DNA of 64,000 bases. Source: Bacteriovoracia bacterium. Lineage in GTDB: Bacteria; Bdellovibrionota; Bacteriovoracia; Bacteriovoracales; Bacteriovoracaceae. A model generated the notes under the pieces. It worked only from the letters and a program-made list of their open reading frames with translations. It was not told the DNA's origin and ran no database searches. Location: positions 1 through 64,000 of the forward strand of contig JBKHVI010000010.1 of NCBI GenBank assembly GCA_046570105.1, given 5' to 3'. How positions within the stretch are numbered: the first letter of the stretch is position 1; the number at the start of each line of letters is the position of its first letter. Below, one piece after another: positions 20,592 to 30,476 of the stretch. The position numbers and the translations under genes were made by a program.

Positions 20592-23165
20592 ATGTTAGAT
20601 AAAGCACTGAAACTTTTTTTTGGTACGAAACAAGATCGAGATCTTCGTGCCCTCAAACCCATGCTCGAGCAGGTCAATGCACTCGAAGCAAAGTTTAAGG
20701 CGATGAGTGATAGCGAACTTCAAGGCCAAACTCCTCTATTCCGTGCTCGCTTAGAAAAGGGTGAAACCACCGATCAATTATTGCCGGAAGCTTTTGCTTG
20801 TATCCGTGAGGCCAGTCGCCGTGTGATGAACATGCGCCACTTCGATGTGCAAATCATCGGAGGTGTGGTTCTGCACCAAGGAAAAATCGCCGAAATGAAA
20901 ACCGGTGAAGGTAAAACCCTGACTGCAACTCTCCCCATGTATCTCAATGGTCTTACTGGTCGTGGTTGCCACCTCGTTACGGTTAACGATTACCTCGCCC
21001 AACGTGACTCTCAGGAAATGGGTAAACTCTATAACTGGATGGGACTCTCAGTAGGCGTGATCCTCGCCAACATGAACGATGATGAACGCCAAAAGGCCTA
21101 TGCTTGCGACATCACCTACGGAACGAATAACGAATTCGCCTTTGATTATCTTCGCGACAATATGAAGTTTGATTTGGCCGACTATGTTCAGCGCGACCAT
21201 CATTTCTGTATCGTCGATGAAGTCGACTCTATTCTCATTGATGAAGCCAGAACTCCCCTCTTAATTTCTGGCCCCTCAGAAGGCAACACTCAGCTTTATG
21301 CTGTGGTCGACAAAGTGATTCCGCAACTCACTAAAGACAAGCACTATACGGTAGATGAAAAAAGTCGCACGGCCGTCTTAACTGACGATGGGATTGTACG
21401 TGTCCAAGACATGCTTAAAATTCCTAACCTGTTCGACATTCGCCATATCGAAACACTTCACCATTTGAACCAGGCGCTGAAAGCACATACCCTATTCCAC
21501 CGTGACCAAGAGTACGTCGTTAAAGACGGCAAAGTAATCATCGTTGATGAATTCACAGGCCGCATGAAAGAAGGCTCACGTTGGAGTGATGGTCTCCACC
21601 AAGCCGTTGAAGCTAAAGAAGGTGTGGAGGTTCGCTCAGAGAACCAAACCCTTGCCAGCATTACGTTCCAAAACTACTTCCGTCTCTACTCAAAACTATC
21701 AGGTATGACAGGTACGGCCGACACGGAAGCCGAAGAATTTCAAAAAATCTACAGCCTCGAAGTGGTCGTGATGCCCACCAACCTTCCGATGGTGCGTGAA
21801 GATATGCCCGATGTGGTTTATGCTTCAAAAGCTGCCAAGTATCAGGCAGTCGCAAACTTAATTGAAGAATGTAATAAAAAAGGCCAACCGGTTCTAGTCG
21901 GTACCATTACGGTTGAATCTTCAGAAATCATTTCAAATGTTTTGAATCAGAAAGGCATTAAGCATGAAGTCTTGAATGCTAAAAACCATGCTCGTGAAGC
22001 TGAAATTGTAGCGAATGCTGGACAAAAAGGTGGCGTGACAATTGCTACCAACATGGCCGGTCGAGGCACGGATATTAAACTTGTCACTGAAACGAAAACC
22101 GCCGGTGGTCTCTTTATTATCGGCACTGAGCGCCATGAATCTCGCCGGATTGATAACCAGCTCCGTGGTCGCTCGGGTCGCCAAGGCGATCCAGGTAAAT
22201 CGAAATTCTTCCTCTCGCTAGAGGACGATTTGATGCGCATTTTCGGCTCCGACCGTATCCGCGGCATCATGGTGAAGTTGGGTATGAAAGATGATGAGCC
22301 TATCGAGCATGGCATGGTTTCTAATGCCATTGCTAAGGCACAGAAAAAAGTTGAAACCCATAACTTTGATATTCGTAAGCATCTACTCGATTTTGATAAC
22401 GTCATGAATGAGCAGCGTAAGGTAATCTATAAACTTCGTCGTGAAATTCTCAACGATGAAGGCAATCATGAACTCCTTATGGAAATGATTGAGGACACCG
22501 CTTATCAGCTTGAAGACCAGTATCGTCCTGACAAGAAAGTCACTCTTTATGAGTGGCCTTGGAAAGACATCAATCAAGGTTTCCATAATATTTACAACAC
22601 CAGTATGGAGCTTACTCCTAAAGAATGTGCCGAAAAATGTAACAGTGAGATCGCTCGCTACTTTAAAGAGAAAGGCCAAGAAATCTTCGATAAAAAAATG
22701 GCGGAGTACGACGCGGAACAGGTCAAACTGACTCTTCGTGAAGTTCTCCTTTCGACCTTTGATTCATTCTGGAAAGATCATCTCTTGGCGATGGACCATT
22801 TAAAGGAAGGTATTAACCTTCGCTCTTATGGCCAGAAAGACCCATTAGTTGAGTATAAGCGTGAGGCATTTACTCTCTATGAAGAAATGAAGAGCACCAT
22901 TAAGCGCACGGCCGTTGAGCGTTTGTTCCATATGAAGCTCTACACAGCAGCTGAGATCGAAGAGATTAAAAAGCAGCAACAGGCGCTCCTGGAGCAACAA
23001 CTCGAAGCTCATCGCCGTGCTCAAGAAGCAGCTGCTAAAGCTGAGTCGGAGAGCGCAGCGACAGGTGCAGCACAACGCCCACAACGTGGTACAATTAAAG
23101 TAGGACGTAACGATCCCTGTCCATGTGGTTCAGGGAAAAAATTTAAGGCCTGTCACGGAGCTTAA
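20592..23165 (+). CDS. secA: Preprotein translocase ATPase SecA
   Basis: [48 protein letters not shown]-terminal [18 protein letters not shown]. Confidence 0.99.
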   Translation: MLDKALKLFFGTKQDRDLRALKPMLEQVNALEAKFKAMSDSELQGQTPLFRARLEKGETTDQLLPEAFACIREASRRVMNMRHFDVQIIGGVVLHQGKIAEMKTGEGKTLTATLPMYLNGLTGRGCHLVTVNDYLAQRDSQEMGKLYNWMGLSVGVILANMNDDERQKAYACDITYGTNNEFAFDYLRDNMKFDLADYVQRDHHFCIVDEVDSILIDEARTPLLISGPSEGNTQLYAVVDKVIPQLTKDKHYTVDEKSRTAVLTDDGIVRVQDMLKIPNLFDIRHIETLHHLNQALKAHTLFHRDQEYVVKDGKVIIVDEFTGRMKEGSRWSDGLHQAVEAKEGVEVRSENQTLASITFQNYFRLYSKLSGMTGTADTEAEEFQKIYSLEVVVMPTNLPMVREDMPDVVYASKAAKYQAVANLIEECNKKGQPVLVGTITVESSEIISNVLNQKGIKHEVLNAKNHAREAEIVANAGQKGGVTIATNMAGRGTDIKLVTETKTAGGLFIIGTERHESRRIDNQLRGRSGRQGDPGKSKFFLSLEDDLMRIFGSDRIRGIMVKLGMKDDEPIEHGMVSNAIAKAQKKVETHNFDIRKHLLDFDNVMNEQRKVIYKLRREILNDEGNHELLMEMIEDTAYQLEDQYRPDKKVTLYEWPWKDINQGFHNIYNTSMELTPKECAEKCNSEIARYFKEKGQEIFDKKMAEYDAEQVKLTLREVLLSTFDSFWKDHLLAMDHLKEGINLRSYGQKDPLVEYKREAFTLYEEMKSTIKRTAVERLFHMKLYTAAEIEEIKKQQQALLEQQLEAHRRAQEAAAKAESESAATGAAQRPQRGTIKVGRNDPCPCGSGKKFKACHGA

Positions 23166-23173
23166 AAGTCGCC

Positions 23174-24448
23174 ATGAGTGATCAGAAAAAAGATCTCACT
23201 CGGATAGAAGATCTAGGTGAGTTTCTGCATGAGTTGGATGAAACCGAGAATTATCTCGATCTCCCTGCTTTGCCTGATGACGAAGAATCACCTCCCGATC
23301 TTTTGCCTGAACTACCGAGCGAAGACTTCGCGATGGACGCACCTCCTGAACTGAGTGATGTACCAGAAGAGGTTCCACTCGAAGAAGAAGTGGTCAGCGA
23401 AGAAGCACTCTTTTCAAATGACTTCTCAACCGAAGAGACGCCAACAGAAACCGAAGCCTTTGAACTCTCGGCTGAAGAACCCCAAACTGAACCCTTTGAA
23501 CTCAGTCCATCAAATGAAACTGAACCCGAAGAACAGCCAATTGAATTTGAGACAGTGGCCGAAGAACAAACTGTCACAGAAGAATTAGAAATTCAGCGCC
23601 CTGAACCAGTACAGGAATCACTTTCCAGTATTTCCTTGGTGCATGATTTTGAAAATTTCAGCAAAGATGTTGAACCTACTGAAGAAGAAGAAAAAGTAGA
23701 GGAACCTGCGGAAGTCTTTACGCCTAAGGAAGACTTTGCAGAAACACGCCGCTTTGCTGAAAGCGCAGTTATCAACGATGCCAGTGCAGAGTGCAATCCG
23801 GCCTATAGTGTGATGGCAAAAAACATCCGCTTCTTAGAAGACTCAGAAGAAATTCTATCGCTCTTGAAAGAAGCAGGCTTTCCCGATGACATGCGCGCTC
23901 AATTCCAGCGCCAAATTGAGAGAGGCACACTGCTTGTTCCACGAGTCTCTGAATTTACCGCCGTCTATCTTTGTCATAAATTGCGCCGCTTTCGCTTAGA
24001 ACTCACCATGGCCTTGTCAGATCTCATGCATCCTCCGAAAAAAGCCCAAGACATTGATAGAGGACTTGTATCAAGAAAATCCTTGGGTCAAAATTCGCAA
24101 CATCAATTCCAATTTAAAGGGGATGCTGATTCTGCTCGCAGTATTATCCTCTCCACACTCCCCCATCTAGATGGCCATGCAGTTGATCGCTATTTAGGCG
24201 TCGCCAGCGAACATACTTTCCTTGATTCGCAGATTGTCGAAAACGAAACGGCCGAAGCGATACACAAAAGCTATGACGAGTTGGCGCTAAAACTCAAAGG
24301 CCATGCTCTTCATAATAAGGCCAATGCCATTCTTGGCATTAACTACCAGCTGACTCCCATGCCGACCGATATGGGTTCTATGGGGCATTACCGCTACAAA
24401 CTCACCTGCACAGGCAATCTCGTCTGGCTCCATAAACTGACAAACTAA
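23174..24448 (+). CDS. Hypothetical protein: acidic disordered N-terminus plus C-terminal YbjQ/UPF0145-like domain
   Basis: About 180 aa rich in Glu/Pro; C-terminus IILSTLPHLDGHAVDRYLGVAS...ANAILGINY...TGNLV resembles YbjQ. Confidence 0.65.
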   Translation: MSDQKKDLTRIEDLGEFLHELDETENYLDLPALPDDEESPPDLLPELPSEDFAMDAPPELSDVPEEVPLEEEVVSEEALFSNDFSTEETPTETEAFELSAEEPQTEPFELSPSNETEPEEQPIEFETVAEEQTVTEELEIQRPEPVQESLSSISLVHDFENFSKDVEPTEEEEKVEEPAEVFTPKEDFAETRRFAESAVINDASAECNPAYSVMAKNIRFLEDSEEILSLLKEAGFPDDMRAQFQRQIERGTLLVPRVSEFTAVYLCHKLRRFRLELTMALSDLMHPPKKAQDIDRGLVSRKSLGQNSQHQFQFKGDADSARSIILSTLPHLDGHAVDRYLGVASEHTFLDSQIVENETAEAIHKSYDELALKLKGHALHNKANAILGINYQLTPMPTDMGSMGHYRYKLTCTGNLVWLHKLTN

Positions 24449-24451
24449 TCT

Positions 24452-25810
24452 ATGCATCACGACGTCGTTATTATTGGCGGTGGGATTAACGGGGCCGGAC
24501 TATTCCGCGACCTCGCTCTCCATGGCATCAATGTTCTACTCCTTGAGAAAGGTGACTTCGCGGCGCAAACCTCGCAAGGCAGCTCTAAGATGCTCCATGG
24601 TGGGATTCGTTACCTAGAAAACTTTGATTTCGGATTGGTGCAAGAAGCATTAGAAGAAAAGAACTTGTGGCTTAAACTCGCTCCCCACCTCTGTGTTGAG
24701 CGCCAGTTTCACTTGCCCGTCTATCGCGGTGGAAAGTGGCCGCTCCCTTTTGTTCGCATGGGACTGTTTCTCTACGATTTGTTGTCTCACTTTCAAAATA
24801 AACCTGCTGGTCACGCTAACCGTGAAACGCTCTTAGAGCGCTACCCCCAATTAAAACCCGAGGGACTCACAGGTGCAGGTACTTACTACGATGGCATTGT
24901 TGATGATCACAAATTGGCGCTTGAATGTATTTGGGATGGTGAAGTCGAACCCAATGCCCGTTCTCTGAATTATCAAGAAGTCATCTCTATAGAGAAAGGT
25001 TCTATTGTCAAAATCACCTATCGTGATCTCATGACAAAAAAAATCAGTGAAGTAACTGCTTCATATGTCATCTTTGCGACTGGCCCCTTTACTGATGAAT
25101 TAATGAAACAGTGGAAGATTCCTTGGGAGCCGGCACTACTTCCTTCAAAAGGAATTCATCTTTGGTTGAAGGCCGACGCGCTTAAACTTCACGGCCCGAT
25201 GGTTCTACCTTCAAGTGATGGTCGAGTTATTTTTGTTATTCCCCAGCGTGAATCAATTCTTGTTGGCACCACTGAAACGCCGGTCAATGAAGAAATGTTT
25301 AATATTAAAGCGACAGAAGCTGATGTGGTCTATTTACTGAAAGTGCTCAACGACTACTTTCCTACCGCCGCCATTACACATTCACAAATCATCAATACCT
25401 TTGCTGCGATCCGCCCGCTCGTACGCGAGGCAGGCTCAAGTGATCGCGGTAAAACGAGCCGATTCCATCGCATCTTTAGGCCCGCCCCCAACATGTATGC
25501 ACTCTTAGGTGGCAAATACACCACCTTTAGACGTATGGCCCAAGATGTATGTCGAGAATTAGTGCCTCGCTTAGGAGTGGCCTATAATCCCAATAGAACA
25601 CTCGAGCCACTACGGCGCACCAGTATTGTTGGAACTTTTGAAAACAATCAAGTCAGCGCCGAAAAACTCCATCAAGTTATTCGTTTGGAAAAAGTACGCA
25701 CCTTCGATGATCTCGTTCATCGACGTCTTTCCTGGCTCACACCAACTGAAGACATGAAGGAATTGGCCGGAAAATCTAAAGATTATTGGGAAAAAGAAAT
25801 TCTGAAATAA
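24452..25810 (+). CDS. glpD: FAD-dependent glycerol-3-phosphate dehydrogenase/oxidase
   Basis: IIGGGING, TSQGSSKMLHGGIRYLE, SKGIHL, GTTE, IRPL, GGKYTTFR. Confidence 0.9.
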   Translation: MHHDVVIIGGGINGAGLFRDLALHGINVLLLEKGDFAAQTSQGSSKMLHGGIRYLENFDFGLVQEALEEKNLWLKLAPHLCVERQFHLPVYRGGKWPLPFVRMGLFLYDLLSHFQNKPAGHANRETLLERYPQLKPEGLTGAGTYYDGIVDDHKLALECIWDGEVEPNARSLNYQEVISIEKGSIVKITYRDLMTKKISEVTASYVIFATGPFTDELMKQWKIPWEPALLPSKGIHLWLKADALKLHGPMVLPSSDGRVIFVIPQRESILVGTTETPVNEEMFNIKATEADVVYLLKVLNDYFPTAAITHSQIINTFAAIRPLVREAGSSDRGKTSRFHRIFRPAPNMYALLGGKYTTFRRMAQDVCRELVPRLGVAYNPNRTLEPLRRTSIVGTFENNQVSAEKLHQVIRLEKVRTFDDLVHRRLSWLTPTEDMKELAGKSKDYWEKEILK

Positions 25811-25835
25811 AAAAGGCCCCTTGAAGGGGCCTTTT
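25811..25835. terminator. Bidirectional intrinsic terminator
   Basis: AAAAGGCCCCT-TGA-AGGGGCCTTTT between convergent genes. Confidence 0.85.
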
Positions 25836-25838
25836 AAA

Positions 25839-26282
25839 TTAGATTCTGCGTTCAGATGTAAAACAATTCTCAGCTTTGATTTCATCAATCTTACAGAAGA
25901 TACCGCCGCCGCGACGTTTACACTCATTAAGGGTATTCATCTGAGCTTCTCCCAGAGATCTTCCTTCTGCTTCAACATTTCCAACACTGAAGAACTTCAC
26001 ACGACAGGTTGTGATGGTTTCAAGACGAGGACCTTCTTCTAACTGATACACTTTATTTTGCAGTTCACGAACCGCCTGTTCTAGGCGACGGAGACGGCGA
26101 AGCATATCGCGGTCATCACGATCATCTCCAACTTCGATGCGAATAATTGAGGGGCCATCATGCAAACGGCCAGAGCCACCGCGGGTTCTGTCGTCTCGGT
26201 CATCAAGATCACGGGCATTTGCTTGAGTCATAGCACCCATCAATGTCCCAACTGCCAGCAAAAGAGCGATAAGCTTTTTCAT
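25839..26282 (-). CDS. Small secreted protein with coiled coil and 4-Cys C-terminal domain
   Basis: Signal peptide ending ANA; LRRLRRLEQAVRELQNKVYQLE; four Cys; SD AGGAG. Confidence 0.75.
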   Translation of the reverse strand: MKKLIALLLAVGTLMGAMTQANARDLDDRDDRTRGGSGRLHDGPSIIRIEVGDDRDDRDMLRRLRRLEQAVRELQNKVYQLEEGPRLETITTCRVKFFSVGNVEAEGRSLGEAQMNTLNECKRRGGGIFCKIDEIKAENCFTSERRI

Positions 26283-26366
26283 GAAATTCTCCTAAGTAAT
26301 TAACTTAGGAAAATTCTAGAAGGAGAACTGATACCAAAGGATAAAATGCTGCAAATCGTGAAAAAC

Positions 26367-27464
26367 TTACCAGCGATAACCCAGCCCCACCCAAAGACGA
26401 GGTCCAGAAACAATCCGTGTCCAGGTAGAAGCGGTATTAGAATCCGTGAGCTTATCAGAGCGCTGATAGTAATCGAGGATGGCACGGGCACCCCATCCTT
26501 TAGCGGTATAGAACTTAAAACCGCCCCCAAAACTATAACCAAAAGTCGAGCCCTGCGCCTCTTCGGCCGGGGCCCCGGCAGCTTCATCACCCGGCTCGTA
26601 AGTACTAGTGACATTACCCATCGCCATTGAAAAGGTGAAAAAGGGGATGAAATCGTTAACTACACTGGGCATCGACCATGGATGCCAGTTCACGCCGCCT
26701 CCAAATTCTGTCATGGCTTCAGTCTGTTTCGATCCCTGATAGACAATGCTTGAGCGACCTTGAATATTAATAAACGCCATAGGTGAGAAGCGCGACCACC
26801 AACGTTTTTCATCTGTAAAATAATACTCACCGTTCAAGGCCAACTGTGTGCGTGAATCGTTGCCGGTAAATTCGGTAGCACCGGCCTGATCGCTGGTCGT
26901 CTTAGCACCCAGACTAGAGATACTTAAGGCCGTCCAAAGCTCCAAATTTTTCTCACGAATATTTCCTGGCCCCATCATTTTTAAAGCTTCGAGTTCTGCG
27001 CGAGACGATGCTTCCATACTATTGGGATCTACACCCTGTGGTAAATCATTGGCCCCGTCTGCCAGCGGAATTCCTACGGCATTGGGATCACCTACTGCCA
27101 CATTGGTAGGAACATCTTCTTCAACGATCATTTTAGATTCATCTTGAGTGACTTTCACTGCTGGTGTGATTTTAAGACTCATCACCGCATCGGCGACGAC
27201 AAAATCTGCGTTTACTAAACGATAAATTGACCAGACTGAGCGCGAAGGTGAAACTTTTACTACGACACCACGAGCAACCACACCTGCTGAAACGTAAAAC
27301 TTAGCGTGATCTCCTTCCGCCAGCCCATCTTCTGTGCCCCGATTCACCAACATCGTTTTGCGAGTATCAGACAATTTGAGAACTCGCATGGTGAGTTTTT
27401 CATCAACTTCCAAGGCCCATGCATTGAAAGTAAAAATCAAAACAAGAAGAGCTAATTTTTTCAT
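26367..27464 (-). CDS. Outer-membrane beta-barrel protein with N-terminal periplasmic domain
   Basis: Signal ending AWA; C-terminal amphipathic strands ending VGLGYRW. Confidence 0.75.
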   Translation of the reverse strand: MKKLALLVLIFTFNAWALEVDEKLTMRVLKLSDTRKTMLVNRGTEDGLAEGDHAKFYVSAGVVARGVVVKVSPSRSVWSIYRLVNADFVVADAVMSLKITPAVKVTQDESKMIVEEDVPTNVAVGDPNAVGIPLADGANDLPQGVDPNSMEASSRAELEALKMMGPGNIREKNLELWTALSISSLGAKTTSDQAGATEFTGNDSRTQLALNGEYYFTDEKRWWSRFSPMAFINIQGRSSIVYQGSKQTEAMTEFGGGVNWHPWSMPSVVNDFIPFFTFSMAMGNVTSTYEPGDEAAGAPAEEAQGSTFGYSFGGGFKFYTAKGWGARAILDYYQRSDKLTDSNTASTWTRIVSGPRLWVGLGYRW

Positions 27465-27473
27465 CTCATCATC

Positions 27474-28982
27474 CTAGTAAAATTTGGTCAAACCAAAGCT
27501 TAACCGTCCATCAAGTATTTCAGATCGTGCCGGTAAATTTCCGCCCGGACGATTCGCAGACGTTTGCTCCAACATTAATTTCTCAAAACTGAGTGCCGCT
27601 CTAAAACCCATACCAGATCGAAGATTATACTTCACTCCCCCGGCAACTTGAGGAAAGGCCACCACAGAATAATTTCCCTTCTCACCCACACTCGGAATAG
27701 TCAGGCGAGCAATACCACTTCTCACACCTAATGAAAGAAAGGGAATGTTACGTCCAATGGCAAAGGGAGAATGCAAGAGATGCCACGTCCCACCCACTCC
27801 AAAACTGTACTCTTCCGTTTGAGCGTTTAAGTTTCCAATTGAGACACCATCGATCACATAACGAAGAGTTGAGAATAGCGCCAACTGACGAAGTGTTTCC
27901 CCGCGAGGAACTGGAAACCAATCAACTCCGCCTTCTAGGCTCCATTTGGCCTTGCGAGCATTTTCCGCATCAGCACGGTTTTCATTATCAAGGGCATTCA
28001 GACCCAATCCACCAGAGAATTGCACATCATAACTCTTATAAGTGGCATTACGTCGACGATCTTGCTCGTAACTTACGCCCACCTTATTTAGCATCGTTTG
28101 GAGTTGTTCGTCAGAATAGTCATCTGACCACCCCTGCCCTTTTTCAATTATTTTCCGGTGAGCAACAATCTCTTCTTCGTTGGCCTTCTTTTCTTCTTCA
28201 CGCATTTCATCGGCAATAGATAACGATGTTGTTTTTAAGCGAAACTCTCCACCAGCATCTTTATTTTGTTCCCAATAAAAATCACCGTAATTAAAAGCGG
28301 GATCATTGATTCTACGGAGGTAATTCACAACCACTTTCTCAAACGTCTCGAGACGTTTTTTGATGGCAAAATCATCTTCATGAGGTGAACGCCAAAGAGC
28401 ACGGGCATATTTTTGTTTGCCCTCGCGATCAACAGTGACCCACTCATCGACATCATAAAGAACGCCATCTTTATCCCAGTCTTCACCGATCTTATGTTGT
28501 TTACGATAGAGTTCGTATTCGGCCTTACGAAGCGCCAACAAATCTTTGTCGCCCGATCTTCTTGCTGGAAGTGCAAGAGGAAGATTCTTTTTTTCATCCA
28601 CCACACGCAGACGATCATTCTCTAGAAGTCTGCGACCTGAAAGCATCAGTCCTTCAGTCGTCACCACATATTTCTCACGCATGATGAGAGAGACAGGGTC
28701 GGAAATTTCGTAGAGATACCAAAGAGAGCGAGTTGGACCAGTTTTGACGACACGACCCTTGGCGATGGGAATCATGCGAAGAGCGTTGGCGTCTTGTTCT
28801 TTTAATCGGCGCATGATCACTCCGTGATCACCGACTTTAATTTTTTCTAAATCACCCACATTAAAGAGTGCCGTTTTACCGGAAGTGGATTTAGAAATAA
28901 GACGCGCCTCAGCAATGCCCCCGCTTTGCGCGAGTGCTACGCCTCCCATGGCGAGCCAAAAACTCATGATGATGACCAGCAT
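27474..28982 (-). CDS. Outer-membrane beta-barrel protein, paralog of 26367-27464
   Basis: ATG 28982 with SD GAGGA gives a signal ending ALA; shares its N-domain with the downstream gene; ends FGLTKFY. Confidence 0.72.
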   Translation of the reverse strand: MLVIIMSFWLAMGGVALAQSGGIAEARLISKSTSGKTALFNVGDLEKIKVGDHGVIMRRLKEQDANALRMIPIAKGRVVKTGPTRSLWYLYEISDPVSLIMREKYVVTTEGLMLSGRRLLENDRLRVVDEKKNLPLALPARRSGDKDLLALRKAEYELYRKQHKIGEDWDKDGVLYDVDEWVTVDREGKQKYARALWRSPHEDDFAIKKRLETFEKVVVNYLRRINDPAFNYGDFYWEQNKDAGGEFRLKTTSLSIADEMREEEKKANEEEIVAHRKIIEKGQGWSDDYSDEQLQTMLNKVGVSYEQDRRRNATYKSYDVQFSGGLGLNALDNENRADAENARKAKWSLEGGVDWFPVPRGETLRQLALFSTLRYVIDGVSIGNLNAQTEEYSFGVGGTWHLLHSPFAIGRNIPFLSLGVRSGIARLTIPSVGEKGNYSVVAFPQVAGGVKYNLRSGMGFRAALSFEKLMLEQTSANRPGGNLPARSEILDGRLSFGLTKFY

Positions 28983-29070
28983 CCGTGCGATCCTCTTTAA
29001 TTCAGGGTGACATAGGTTTATGGCCTTGAAAAGACGTGATAACGCAAATAACAAGAAAAATTGCAAGTTC

Positions 29071-29099
29071 TTGAAAAGTCGAAGCAGAAAAGGCATACT
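29071..29099 (+). promoter_or_regulatory. Sigma-70-type promoter candidate
   Basis: TTGAAA-N17-CATACT upstream of the small gene and trxB. Confidence 0.5.
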
Positions 29100-29133
29100 C
29101 TCGACCTATCGAAACATACGCGAAGGACACATT

Positions 29134-29343
29134 GTGAGACGTAAAAGAGAACGCATAACTTATGACTACGAATGCTCACTCACTGGTGAACAGTTTGTTC
29201 GCACAGAAAAAGCACAAAACCCAAAAGAACTTCTTTCAGTTAAAGCTTGGTATGAGATGAATCCTGATAAGGATGATCGTCCAGCGGTAATTAAAAAGAA
29301 ATTGGGCTTTATTAAAGACGAGCCCGTCGAACCACAACAATAA
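29134..29343 (+). CDS. Small hypothetical protein (69 aa)
   Basis: GTG at 29134 preceded by AAGGA, in frame with ORF 29020-29343: MRRKRERITYDYECSLTGEQFVRTEK... Confidence 0.7.
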   Translation: MRRKRERITYDYECSLTGEQFVRTEKAQNPKELLSVKAWYEMNPDKDDRPAVIKKKLGFIKDEPVEPQQ

Positions 29344-29364
29344 TTCTATTTAAGGAGTGCGACC

Positions 29365-30297
29365 ATGGACGTCCGCCCTGTCATTATCATTGGAACTGGC
29401 CCTGCCGGTTTAACTGCTGCCATTTACACTGCTCGTGCCACCATGAAACCTCTCGTTCTTGAAGGCCATGAACCTGGTGGTCAACTCACACTCACGACTG
29501 AAGTCGAAAACTTTCCTGGTTTCGCTGATGGTGTGATGGGCCCTGAGTTAATGAGCACCATGAAAAAACAGGCCGCCCGCTTTGGTGCTGAATTTCATCC
29601 AGTACTCGCCACTGAAGTGGATCTTTCCAAGCGTCCTTTCAAAGTTGTGACTGACAAAGGTGTCACTCACTATGCGCAGACTTTGATCATCTCAACTGGC
29701 GCCTCAGCTAAATTCATGGGTCTGCCGAAAGAAAAAGAACTCACCGGCCGCGGCGTTTCGACCTGTGCGACTTGTGATGGTTTTTTCTATCGCAATAAAA
29801 TTGTTCACGTCGTAGGGGGTGGTGACACTGCTATGGAAGACGCGACATTCTTAACTAAGTTTGCCGAAAAAGTTTATATTGTTCATCGCCGCGACACGCT
29901 TCGTGCTTCAAAGCCGATGCAAGAGCGCGCTTTCAAAAATCCTAAGATTGAATTCGTGTGGGATTCTGAAGTTGTGGAAATTCTCGATGATCAATCAGGT
30001 GTTACTGGCATCAAAGTAAAAAATCTTAAAACTGGTGCAGTCACGGAGAGAAAAACCGACGGTCTCTTCTACGGCATCGGCCATACGCCCAACACCGGTT
30101 TCCTTAAAGGCCAATTGAAAGTTGATGAACACGGATTTATTCAAACTCATGACGGCCCAGAAACGAATGTGCCTGGCGTGTTTGCCTGTGGTGACGTGCA
30201 AGATTCCTACTATCGCCAGGCGATCACAGCAGCAGGTTCTGGTTGCCAAGCAGCGATCAAAGCGGAACGTTGGTTAGAGAGTAACGGCGGCCATTAA
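29365..30297 (+). CDS. trxB: Thioredoxin-disulfide reductase
   Basis: GTGPAGLTAA, GGQLTLTTEVENFPG, CATCDG, VGGGDTA, HRRD, ACGDV...QAITAAGSG; SD AAGGAG. Confidence 0.97.
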   Translation: MDVRPVIIIGTGPAGLTAAIYTARATMKPLVLEGHEPGGQLTLTTEVENFPGFADGVMGPELMSTMKKQAARFGAEFHPVLATEVDLSKRPFKVVTDKGVTHYAQTLIISTGASAKFMGLPKEKELTGRGVSTCATCDGFFYRNKIVHVVGGGDTAMEDATFLTKFAEKVYIVHRRDTLRASKPMQERAFKNPKIEFVWDSEVVEILDDQSGVTGIKVKNLKTGAVTERKTDGLFYGIGHTPNTGFLKGQLKVDEHGFIQTHDGPETNVPGVFACGDVQDSYYRQAITAAGSGCQAAIKAERWLESNGGH

Positions 30298-30318
30298 GTT
30301 ACGGGTTTTGTACAAAAC

Positions 30319-30347
30319 TTGCTTCGCATTTGAAAAACTGTTAGCCT
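30319..30347 (+). promoter_or_regulatory. Promoter candidate for an antisense RNA to the small peptide ORF
   Basis: TTGCTT-N17-TAGCCT with extended -10 TG (30339-30340); no convincing + strand gene downstream. Confidence 0.4.
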
Positions 30348-30350
30348 TTA

Positions 30351-30390
30351 AAAAGTCAAAGGGTGGGAGTGTGCTCGATACACACCCCCC
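30351..30390 (-). terminator. Terminator-like hairpin 3' of the small peptide ORF
   Basis: Minus strand GGGGGGTGTG-TATCGAG-CACACTCCCACCC followed by TTTGACTTTT. Confidence 0.55.
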
Positions 30391-30395
30391 AAAGC

Positions 30396-30476
30396 CTATT
30401 TGGTGAGATCAAGTATGACAGCTAAAAGCTGCAAGACTAATCCCACCAGGGTCAGCACCCCAATGACGTCATCCAT
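30396..30476 (-). CDS. 26-aa hydrophobic peptide, TisB-like candidate type I toxin
   Basis: Hand translation MDDVIGVLTLVGLVLQLLAVILDLTK; AAGG 7 nt upstream of the ATG; below the ORF-track cutoff; hairpin downstream. Confidence 0.65.
   Translation of the reverse strand: MDDVIGVLTLVGLVLQLLAVILDLTK

Noticed and set aside
23250..23720. GAA-rich quasi-repeats (GAACCC/GAAGAA)
   Set aside because: Codon-level consequence of a Glu/Pro-rich linker; no fixed-period repeat or spacers, so not CRISPR or VNTR.
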